DNA of 64,000 nucleotides from Oopsacas minuta (taxonomy: Eukaryota > Animalia > Porifera). A program made the translations under genes and the position numbers. The notes under the pieces were generated by a model, which worked only from the letters and a program-made list of their open reading frames with translations, ran no database searches and was not told where the DNA came from. Below are positions 47,132 through 58,527 of the stretch, piece by piece. The stretch covers positions 1-64,000 of the forward strand of contig JAKMXF010000015.1 in NCBI GenBank assembly GCA_024704765.1. Reading direction: 5' to 3'. Every line of letters begins with the position of its first letter. Positions within the stretch are counted from its first letter, which is position 1.

Positions 47132-48644
47132 ATGAAAAAATCTGACAAACAAGTTGCTAGAACCTTACCAGTCCTGATAGCATGCATTGCATCATCCCTG
47201 TCATCATTTGTTTGTGGATTCAGCCTAGGATATACATCTCCAATTGAGGAGGAGATTAAGAATATTGGAATCCTCGATGATGACACCTTTCCTGTTTTCA
47301 GTTCTTCTCTGTTCTTTGCAGCAATAACTGGGGCGTTGTTAGGTTCATTAGTTACAGATTTGATAGGGTAAGAAGGCTCTCTTAATATTCTCTTCGGTAC
47401 CAAACGCAATTGGTTGGTTATTGGTTACATGTGGATACGATTGGGTTGTAATGGTGATAGGTAGAGTTATAATAGGATTATCATTAGGTTTAATTATCCC
47501 AATTATCTCTATATATATTGCAGATTTAGCTCCAAAAGAACACAAGGGATTCTATGGTAGTATTTTTGAACATGCATTCATAATTGGTATTTTAATGAGT
47601 CACTTCATTGGGATATTTGTGTCATTCCGATGGCTTGCACTGGTTCCTGTAGTAGTGTTATTGTTTCAATCCCTGCTTCTCACATGGCAACCTTACTCTC
47701 CTTACTGGTTAGTATCCAGGGGGTTAGAGAAACGAGGCTTTCGTACCGTGAAGTATTTGAGAGGACCGAAGTACGATTTTCTGTCAGAGTTTGAGGAAAT
47801 GAAGGATGTAGTCAAGGAAAATGCTACATGGACATTCATGGATCGTGTTAAAAGTTTAATCTTCAATTTAGCCTATTTGAGGGCTATCATCATCATCTCG
47901 CTCATTATGGTCTTCGTGGAACTAACTGGGATATCAGTTGTAGCTTCATATTCGACGAGTTTATTGGAACATAGTATCTTGATTCATCCTAAAGTTGCGT
48001 CTATCCTACCTACAACTATTCAATGCATTTCAGTCTTGATATTCACTTTTCTTGTTGATCGGATTGGTAGAAAGCCCCTATTGATAGTATCTGGAGCTGG
48101 TATTGCTCTCAGCCATGTGATTCTCTCCATCAATTCATTTGGATTACAATTCTTCTGGCCACAGTGCACTCAATTCGAAACAACAACAAATTTCACTCAC
48201 ACTGTTTCTGGCAATCTAGGCGTGAGTGAAGATTTTTGCAATCATATAACCCTCATTCCATTGCTAGCTCTGGTGATCCTGAGGTTTATGTATGGACTGG
48301 GGTGGGGGCCTATACCGTTTGTATTGTTGGGAGAATCTCTTCCTTCTAAAGTTCGGTCTATATCCGCTTCTGTTGCTATTTGCGTGTTAACATTTTCAAA
48401 TGCATTAACTCTCCTATTATTCCCATATCTTGAGAGGTTAATTGGAGATTATTTTGTATTTTTGCTTTACGTTTTGGTGAATCTTACCTCTTGTGCTTTT
48501 ATCCTCTTTTTCGTTCCTGAAACAAAAGGTCTAAATTTGACCCAAATTGAAGAGTTGTTTAAAGGGAAAGTGATTTTTCTTAGATGTAAAGTGCGAAACC
48601 CTTTTGTTAGAAGAGATGTATATGTGGTAAAGACAGATTGTTAA
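47132..48644 (+). pseudogene. MFS sugar transporter (SLC2A6/8, Tret1-like) with a single +1 frameshift at 47366-47368 (pseudogene or assembly error)
   Basis: GFSLGYTSP, DLIG(t)KK, GRVIIG, YIADLAP, PYSPYWL, VDRIGRKPLL, YGLGWGPIPFVLLGE, VPETKG; both frames flanking the GGG run are coding. Confidence 0.8.
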
Positions 48645-48899
48645 TTTGTATTATTCTATTACTGTATTCATATGTTTTGTGACATAAATCTGTATTAAAA
48701 TACTGCAATTGTAATCTTTTTGTTTGTTCTTTGGCGAGGAATGGTTTCAAGGTATGCTCTATTGAATTAGAATTTCTCAATCCTGAGATGTCGCATAACG
48801 TGGTTTTAGGGTTCATCATTCGACCCATATTGTTAGAATACATAGCTTTCTCCTTCTGTGTTCTGAATGCGGTATTGATCCAGCAAGTTTCAATTGGAT

Positions 48900-49250
48900 C
48901 GGAGTAGATTTAGTGGTAACGCAATGTATTTTGTAAAGTTGTCGGTTTTCATCTTAACTTGGTGAATAATGTAGTGTTTCAGTGATATAGTAGATCTGAA
49001 AAATTGGATTTGAGTAGTTTTGGGGTTGTTTCATGGCAGCCATTAATAGTTTTGATAGCCGATGATATACTGTTTAGAGGATAACTCGCGTCCTTAATTT
49101 GGTTAACCAACCACAGCCCTGAATACAATAATTGAAATATTGAAATATTCGTAGAAACTCGCTTCGGCTATTCCGGCAATATGATATCTCTTACCAAATT
49201 GATGTAATCATGAATACGCCAATTGCCTATTTATAGTAATTTTTACTTAT
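48900..49250 (-). pseudogene. Possible decayed LRR-receptor relic
   Basis: GIAEASFYEYFNI resembles LESSDFFDYFTGL of the 58528 gene; otherwise broken. Confidence 0.2.
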
Positions 49251-50549
49251 TATACTAATATTCTGAACTTTGAATTTATTATGGGTTTCTGTTCAATTTG
49301 TCGCATTAATGTTACGATACATTAGACATAATATTTTACTTTAAATCAGTTTTCCATAGGTTTGTATGGATTATTTATCAATAAATGTGTCCATAGCTTT
49401 AGTACAGTACATGTTGATCCCTTTTACGATTTTGCTTTAATCAATTTTGTCCCGAAATATATTTGATAGTAAAAGGAGTAGTCAATAATCTTCTGTGTTA
49501 ACAGTTCAAAACATAAAATATCACGTTTGAAACATGTTATAGAGATTTAAATACAAGTTGTAATGTACAATAGTTGGGCAATGATACGTAGTACTTGTTT
49601 GGTATTTAATAAGTTTCCTACTTACATTACCTCTAAAATTGTTGGAAATTTTCAATAAGTGGTGAAGATTTAAATTTGCTCACAATTTTGTATGTTTGCT
49701 CAGCAAGTGTAATGCATAGGATTAGTTATATTTTAGATAAAAAGTGTAAACTTGATAAGAAACTAAAACATGTGATCTTACATGTTTTTGGTTAACGAGC
49801 AAAAATATTCACTAAGTTGATAATCTATTTGAATGATTATGTTTCATTTTATGTTTTGAAATACAAGCCAATTTTTCCAAAAAAATTAATTGAATTAGAA
49901 GAGTGTTATAGGAGAATACATTATTGGTAATGACATTCCAGAAGAGCTTTAAGTTGATATAACAGTAAATGAAAATGCGGTTACGTATTAAGAAAAGGCC
50001 CCTTTTGGCAAAAATTACAAGTAAATATAAAGTTAAAGGACAAAAGTATTCGACCACTTACCGTATATAATACTAACTATATCAAACTATAATCTAATTA
50101 CTCTGATGTATAAAATAATTATTAGTTATAAAGCAGAGAATAAGCATAGACAAGATAGATTCATTTATGTAGATTGACGGATATCGATATTTTAAGAATA
50201 TCTTAGTTACATTGGCGAATAAGAATATAACAAAATATTAGCAATTCTGAAATGGTCGAATACTTTTGTCCTTTAATAATATATTTATAGCGTAAATATA
50301 AAATTATATATTCTTGAGTGGCTGATACATCTTCTATGTAGATATTAGAAAAAGTATCTTTGGATTTGATTTCTAATTTTACATTCGTCATCAGTCTTGA
50401 GATTTAAATGAGTTAAATTACCAATGAAAAACCTTTACCTTTGCATAATTGTTAATTTGTTTATTAAATATTTTACTCACTGAATTATGATCTAATAAAC
50501 ATCCAATATCATATCGTTTACTATTGTATAGGTGGTTAGTATATCTTGG

Positions 50550-51075
50550 TTTAATTAATTACCTTCTTTGTGATATGTATCTTGAATTGGAGTGATAGGC
50601 CCTGAACTAATCTCGATACCACCAATGATGAGGAAAAGGGAGACAATACAAGCAAGAAACTAAACAGTAAGGATGTAGCCGAAGAAGCGAAGAACGAATC
50701 AGAAGAAGAACAGGAATTATTTGGTTTACTGAAAGAGTGCAATCCAATGCGAGCACGCCATAAATCAATAGAAATCATGTATATAAATAAGAGTAGAAAT
50801 TGAAGTTGATAAAAACGTCTCTTTACCATTTACAGTTGTGGGACAGACCCAGTCGGACAATTCCTGGCCAAGCCCCACCCTTTGGGACCTATTCGATAAA
50901 ATGTACATAACCATCGAATGATTAAATTGGGGAGGTCAAAGTTTTTACATTTCGTGATGAATATTGTGTGGGTCACATGATCGAAAGCCTTCCGGTAGTT
51001 CAATAGGTGTGAGGCCTTCTTCTGCATTAAGGAGACAGGTGTGGATCATATCAACGAGTGCATGTGTGGTAGATT
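50550..51075 (-). mobile_element. Non-LTR retrotransposon (CR1/L2-like) fragments: RT piece (50820-51075) followed by a 5'-leader-type piece (50550-50770)
   Basis: TTHALVDMIH..NYRKAFDHVTH..IRWL..(F)LSNRSQRVGLGQELSDW are RT motifs; MISIDLWRARIGL resembles the leader peptide seen at 5' ends of marine-invertebrate LINEs (recalled, not searched). Confidence 0.7.
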
Positions 51076-52560
51076 CATGGAATTTAGCCTTGAATTATGG
51101 AATATTTTTGATAAGATTAATGGTTTCTAATCAAGGTTGAAACTACTTTAACTTAATAATGGTCAACAGAAAATCTGTTCAACCAAATAATCACTTTTAT
51201 AGAATCCAATACACATATAAAAACCATAAAAATATTTGTTTGTGTCCAGATCACTTCACGTGAGAACTTGTAATTACAGATATATTTCTACCATGATGCA
51301 TAGCCAAATTATTTGGATCCAATACGAAAATCTCCTATTCACCAAATTTTATTGGTGAATCCGAATATTCGAGAATAATTGTTCCAATATTTTATCCCGG
51401 GTTTCAATCCTGGTAATTACTCTCGTGGTTCATTCCCGGCGGTGAAATGGACCGCCATCCCGATGTTCTAGGATTGTAAGTCCTAATTGTAAGGATTATC
51501 AGTTTGAATATTCCCAATCAGGGTGCTTATATTCATTCTTCATCAAATTAGTTATTTGGCCAGTTTACATGCAAACGAACATTATTTATATTATGAATTA
51601 GCTAATCATAAATCTTCTATTTGTTGTATTAGTGACTCTCTTCTTACTGTAGTCGGCCCTATAGTTTGAATTAGTGTTAGCTTGGTCCTGGATGTCGTCA
51701 GGGTGTTTTATGCACAATTTGAGTTTTTGCAATGGGAGTTCATTAGTTTTACTTTTTCGCTTTCCAGCAAGAAGTAGTCACCACTTTTTGTATTAATGTT
51801 TAATTCGTTTTCATGCAACCTGTTTGCAAACAATTCAGTATAATTTGTTGAGTGTAATCTGAATTTTTCATTGGAAGTAGTTTCCTATTTGTGTTTATAT
51901 TACAGATCTTCACAGTAAGTTTACATTATACACAATTTTAAACCCTTACTATAATAGCTGCATTTTGATAAACACGTAAATGATGGAGAATATTCTTACA
52001 TTCAATGTGTGATTATGTTAAAACACTAATTGACAAATAATGAATTTCAAAGAACCAAATATCACAAAAATGTATTGATGAAGTGTTAGTAGAATTAAAG
52101 TGAAAATGATAATGCAGATAAAGAAAAATTTTGCCTACCGAAGATATTCATTTGTTTCTAGCTTAGCATTAAGTGTTGAGGTTAATAAACGCATCCATTC
52201 TGGCCATTACTTCACGACAAGGCAATCAAGTTTTTAACAAAATTTTGATATTACAATGTTGCGAATTTGTCAAAATTTCAATTATGATTAACTAAGAGTT
52301 GGAAATTCGGATTTAGACAATTATGAAGAATGAATATTCAAGAACTTGAAAATTGTTGGAATACTATGACTATGAGGACAATTCAAGAGGACTTTACAAT
52401 TCTTTTTGTTTGTTACAATGTGATTGTCCAAAATGACAAATAGCAAAAAATGATGACAAAAATGTATAGGCAGCAATAGAAGAGGACTGTCTTTGAAAAA
52501 TCGGACATATGATAATGCTGCGTGCTCTAGTGGGACATAAATAGTATATACAAGTAGTTA

Positions 52561-53841
52561 TTACAGATATGAGAATGCTTGTAGTTTGTTATGATCTTTA
52601 TGGTCTACTGCTACAATAGTGAATACATCATCTACTGCTATTCCACCTAGATAAGCGAAATCTCCTGGAGCTGGTCCGCTCTTACCGAATTTAGTAATCA
52701 GTTTCCCTTCATTAGAGAATATCTTGACTTGAGAACAACCTCTATCTGCTAGTATTATATTTAGTTGTTGATCCATACAGAAGTACCAAACCTCTTCAAC
52801 ATATCTTTGTGTATAATACATCTAGTCAGTCTGCCTTGTTTAGAGAAAGCTTGTATAGGATAATCTGAGTTAATAAAACAAACGTATATTTCATCTTGTT
52901 AGTGATATATCTCTGATAAGAGTGTTATCTTGCTTGAATTGAGTGATTAGAGATATTCTCTTTTCTTCATTCATCTCAGAGGTTAGGACTGTTAACTTCA
53001 TATTCCTATATTCACCCACATAGATATGTGTATTGTCATTACAGATACATGATAGTTGATACTCGTAACATTTATGAGATTCCATCTTGATGGTAGATTT
53101 GTTGAATTTAACTATTCTCTTATCGCACTGTACAAATATAGAGTCATGTAGAATGAGGATATTCTCTGGATAAGCCATTACTTCATCTTTGAAGTTAACC
53201 CATTCTCCATTTCTAGAGAATATCTGTACTCTGTGTGTCGAATAATCTGCCACATAAATCTCATCATTAATAGAATCAATAGCTATACCACATGGATTAT
53301 ATAGTTGATTATCTTGATTGCCTCTGTCACAAGAACTCCATTTCAGTTGAATAGGAGTGTTTTCTTCAAACTTTACAATTCTCTGATCACAACTAAACAG
53401 TGTATTGATACTCTCTCTCAACTCTCTCACTTTACAATTCACTTTGATAAAAGGGATATCTATATTCATTTCTCTTTTCACTGACTCTATTGCTTCAGGT
53501 ATCTTGTCAAGAGGATTGGGTAGAGATGGGTCTAAGTCTTGGAAGAGTTTTTCCAGTTCACTTTTACGTTTGTTTATCTCTTCTATCTGTTTATTGATTT
53601 CATTTCTTCTCTTGTTCATCCTTTGATTAGCTTCATCCCAGATACCTTCCAATTCCCTGATAATCAGCTGAGTCTTGTCTTCAATTAGCTCTTTCATTTC
53701 TTCACTGACTCTCCTCACGAGTGACTTCTTGCTATCAATCACTTCTCTCAGTGTATTCATTCTGTCCTGTAGCTTGTTAGGGACTGGCATCAAGCTATCA
53801 GGTTCACAGACAGGATTCTCGTTGAATGGTGCAGTAGCCAT
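52561..53841 (-). pseudogene. Inverted recent duplicate of the NHL gene at 31465, frameshifted
   Basis: Near-identical protein over 316 aa; 2-nt deletion near 52897 gives a stop at 52891; a further 1-nt deletion near 52795 restores the frame. Confidence 0.9.
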
Positions 53842-53963
53842 TTCTTAGTTCTGTTTACTAAGCAATTAGTATAGAACTGATAATATATTTAGAGTGGATT
53901 ATACCGTTCTCACTCGCTTATGCATATTGAATATCTAATTACTAAATGCACCATGCACTAGTG

Positions 53964-56284
53964 CAGTGTTTCCCAACCTTTACCAATTTAACGCCCCCTT
54001 ATAGACTTAATATTTACAGAACGCCCCCTATTTAATACTTTATTGAATCAGTTTTTAATTACTGACTATATAGGAATATTAAAGATAGACTGATAGAGTA
54101 TCTAGGGACTAATCCCAAGTATCATTATACGTTGGAACATGTGATCCTTGACTTTGGTGGCTCTTTGCTAGTTTGACTACATCCGGTTCTAACTGCGTCA
54201 GAAAGAGTCTCAAGTTGCCTCTTGTTGCTATTTCCAGTCGATTTCTTTGTTTTGTGAGCAGATTAACTACTGTGCTGAATCCCTTTTCGGCAAGATATGA
54301 TGATGGAAATGCAACAAACATTAATTTTACAGTTTGAAAATATGGGGATTAGCGTTCAGAGACTTCCTTCTTCATCCAGAATGCACTATATCCACATTGG
54401 GTGAATATGGCATTGCATTTGATATCATTCTGCAAATCGATGAATTCTTCTTGAAATTGTGATCCAAAGTTTCTATATTTGTTCTAAATGGATTTATCAC
54501 AAAATTAGAGATAACCGGTTAAATCTTTGAATCGAATCAACAAATCTTCGCTAAGGGAATCAACATGTGAACAGTAAATATGAATGTTGTCATCTCTAAT
54601 GATGTTATTATTTACCATATTCAGTTCACTTAAACAAGGTAACTGCCCAAATTCACGACGCGCAATATTCTGTCGGAACAAGGTTAGTTTACTTAAGAAT
54701 GATAGAACAACGCCCTTCGCTTGAATAAGAGTAGTATTATTTCCTTGTAGCTGCTTATTCACTATATTCAGTTTCTCGAATATGTCAGCTAAGTAAGCCA
54801 CATCAGTCCTTATCATTTTAACCTTTTCTGCCAGAGTTGAATCGTATTCTTCTAGGAACTCGACTATAGAATCAAACAGTTGATGGAATCGTTTCAAACA
54901 ATTACCTTTAGAAAGCCACCTAACTTCAGTATGGAGAGGGAGGCGTTTGTAATCTTCATCATTGTTTTCACAAAGTTGCTGAAAGATGCGATCATTCAGT
55001 GAGTTATTTTTTATTTTGTTCGTAGCAGTAATCACGATTTGCAAAGACTGGTGAAGATTAGGTGTTAGGTGCTTGGCGATCAAATTTGACGATGTATGAA
55101 ACAATCAATAGAGAAAACCTTCGGCACAGCTCGTTTCAGATGAGTTATGAAACCACGATGACGTCCAATCATTGAAGGTGCTCCATCAGTAGCACACGCA
55201 ATAATATTTCCCATTGGTATGTTCTTCTCTTCACAAAATTGCTTTACCACCATAAATATTGTCTCACCTTTAGTATCTGTTTCTAGTGGCTTGGAGAAGA
55301 GCATTTCTTCTTTTGATACACCATTGTGAATATATCGTACATATGTCATAAGTAAGTCTTTATTGTCACGTAAGGTTGACTCATCAAGCTGCAAAGCGAA
55401 TTCCGTTGTTTGTAAAACTTTACACAACTGTTGTTCAACATCTATAGCCAATTCTTCAATCCTCCTCGAAACTGAGTTATTACTTAAGGGAATTGATCTA
55501 ACTACACTAGACGCATCTTGATGCATGACAGTAGATATAACCTCTCTTATAGCTGGAAGGATGATTTTTTCACCTATTGTATGAGGCTTTCCACATTTGG
55601 CGATTAAAAGAGATATATTGTAAGAAGCAACAAGACCATCGTCATTTTAGTAGTAATTTTGTTAATCATTCCATCTATGGAACTATGATTTGCAAACTGC
55701 TTGCTTAAAGTCTGGAAATATTTGAGATCCTTGTCTTTCTTATCAGGGTGTTTCTTCGTCAAATGGCCGCACATACGTGAAGGTTTCATGCCCTCATTAG
55801 AGAACACTTGATTGCAAAGTAAACAAAAGGGTAATTGTTGATTAGTAGGTGAAGCGATGAAACCAAATTTCAGATAATCTATGGAGTATTGACGGCATTT
55901 TTTCTTGGGATTTTCAGCCATGATTGGATATGCAAGAAAAATCGTGTCTACTATTGAGGTAATTAATGAAATAACATGGTATGATCACTTTTTATAACTT
56001 CTTTGTTAAGAAGCCGTCTGAACTGTTAATTCAAAACAAAGAAACAATACCATTGAAAGCATTGATTGATTGTAAATGGTGAATACTTAGCTCTTCCTGT
56101 GGGCCCAACGTGTTAGAATTGTCATTATGGGTAAACTGCACGAAATATTAATGATACAATAGTATTTCGCAAAATTTACAGATGCTAGAATAAATCTTCA
56201 TCCAACGGCTCATTATCTTGTCAACGCCCCCTTCCTCCATAGCGCCCCGTGAGGCAAAGCAAACGCCCCCGTTGGGAACCACTG
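53964..56284 (-). mobile_element. Full-length hAT/Buster transposon (ZBED5/SCAND3-like transposase, 55921 to 54109, frameshifted), 2321 bp
   Basis: TIR CAGTG(T/G)TTCCCAAC; perfect 8-bp TSD CACTAGTG; BED finger CLLC..H....H, LQLDES, ACATDGAPSMIG, HTEVRWLSKG, FPSSYLAEKGFS, SQGSH. Confidence 0.95.
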
Positions 56285-56460
56285 CACTAGTGGCTACATA
56301 ATTATACACACTATGGAAGTACGACATTTGTGTACAGATTTTTGTGTAAATCCTTAGAAATCAGTCTAAGGTTTCAGCTCCCTTTAACTCGGCGAACTGA
56401 ACACCAGTAGAATCTTTCATTTGCGATAATAAATTGAATTTCTCTTCTTGCACACATATA

Positions 56461-56970
56461 CAGTTAACACCCGTTATCTCGAAACCTCCGAGGAAATCAA
56501 ATTCTGTTCGAGATAACTAATGTTCTGTTAAGAAAATTCCAAATCTACTCATGTTTCCAGGGAATTTCAAATTCATATTTACATTTGATTCTATTAATTA
56601 AAAGGGTTTGTGTAACGGGCGTTCATCGTTCCGAACGATGAGCACCTATAAGTATTGAAATACCCTATACAACATCTAAAGCTCGCTTTTCAAAAATCCT
56701 AAAACCTAAACAAAGAAAATAATTGTACTACAGTCAACATCCGCTATCTCGAATGCCCGTTAACTCGAACATACGTTATCTCCAACAGAAATTGATTTCC
56801 TCTGAGGGTTCGAGATAACTGATGTTAACTGTATACAGTGGAGTCTTCAAAACGGAAACTCCGAGAAGCGGACAATCCCTCTACAACTGCAACGGAATGA
56901 ATTAGCAATCATACATGTAATACTTTAGCAATCTCCGAGGAGCGGACAACTCCCTATTACGGACATGGAT
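56461..56970. mobile_element. Cluster of short pogo/Tigger-type MITEs (56461-56528, 56731-56831, 56836 onward)
   Basis: TA|CAGT(T/C)AACA.CCG.TATCTCGAA ... TTCGAGATAACTGATGTTAACTG|TA; adjacent CAGTGGAGTC.. element. Confidence 0.7.
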
Positions 56971-58527
56971 TAAACATCATAGAGCATGATAGATTCATTT
57001 TCAGACAGATTCGGCACTATTTTCTAAGAAAAATTTTAGGTTGAACTTGGTAAAAGTTCACTTTCACGAAATGTAGGATTGCTAAGGGATGGTTCTAACT
57101 TATCAGGATTTTTGCCCTAGGAGATATCTCAATATTATAAAAAGTTCGGTGGTTCCTATCACTTCACTCTGAGTTACCTCTCCATATTTGGTGAGGTAAT
57201 CTTAATTATCGTGATTCCTCAGAATATATTCATATTTTCTTGTACTAAGACGCTTAGAATTTTCCGTCCCATGTGTAACTGAAAGTATTAATCAAATTTG
57301 TAAGGACTGTCGACTCTCCAATTCGAGCCATCAAACTAGGGGCATTGCTATCTCTAAAATTATTCAGTATTTTCTTAATAAATGTATACTGTTGGATAGG
57401 AAGTTGTATATGAGGAATCTATTGCACATAGCGACATATTTCGAAAATTTCTTGTATTTGAATTTTACGGTTATCACATCTTTTCATACGTATATCCATT
57501 GACGTATCTGGGAGAGGGCGAGGGGGATAAATATATCCCTATCGTATCAAAATGGTACACTTTCGGCCGACTAAATGTATTAGTAGGTATTAAACAATAC
57601 ACACAATACATAACATTTTCAGGACGAAATGAAGTCACCAGATTGCTTTTAGAGAATTTTATCACCAAAAATTCCCTGTTTGGAAGTTCTGTAGAGTCTA
57701 TTATTATTGCATATCCGATTACAAAATTTTACCATGTGATTTCAGGTTGTTTCATTCAAAATATCAAAAGTTTGTTATGATAAAGTTCGCGCGTTTCAGA
57801 GTTACAGTAGTGACCATGGATGACATATTGTGCCAATGTTCACCAATAATTGACTCCATTCAACGTTATGGTCAAATCATCTTGCACACATAAAGTATAT
57901 CCCCAACTTCCCATACCCTGATAATACTTTATATCTCCAAACTATCTCACTATTCTATCGTGGAACTTACGATTTAGTATTAGTATTCTATGAAAAGACC
58001 AAGGATTCTCTAGTCAGTATAGGCCCAAAAGTCTTGAGAGTTGAGAACCATGCTAATGACTACGCAAAGTTTTCAGTTTTGATAATTATCAAAAGCAATC
58101 ATGTAATACGCATATAAAGCAAAAAACTACATATCAGTATCTGATAATTATACAGAATAGTCTTGCATCGATGTTCATCTCTCATGCACCAGTAGATGTA
58201 TTTCACTCAGCAAATCATTGCATTAACTATCTCAGTGAAATATTAGAAAGTATGAAACATATTTCCCTACTATCAGCATACAAGAAATTACTAATTGATT
58301 ACAAGGTGTCTCCTTGTGAATTCTACTCGTGCTCAGAGTCAGCTATATTAGTTTTTTACAAGTAAACTAACACTATACTCATTGTATATACGTATATACC
58401 GAATAAGCTATAAAATCTATGTTCTTAATTGGTAGCTAAAGATTTTGTATAATTGAATAGTTAGATACATTTTGAAATAAGAGGTATATACATAGTCACA
58501 AATAATTATTTCTTACTTGTATTCGCC

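Noticed and set aside
47369-47460. Putative intron in the sugar transporter (GTAAG donor)
   Set aside because: Wrong phase, creates a stop and would delete conserved TM3
51395-51480. B-box-like GGTTTCAATCC/GGTTCATTCCC motifs suggesting a tRNA or SINE
   Set aside because: No cloverleaf or A-box, and no second copy seen
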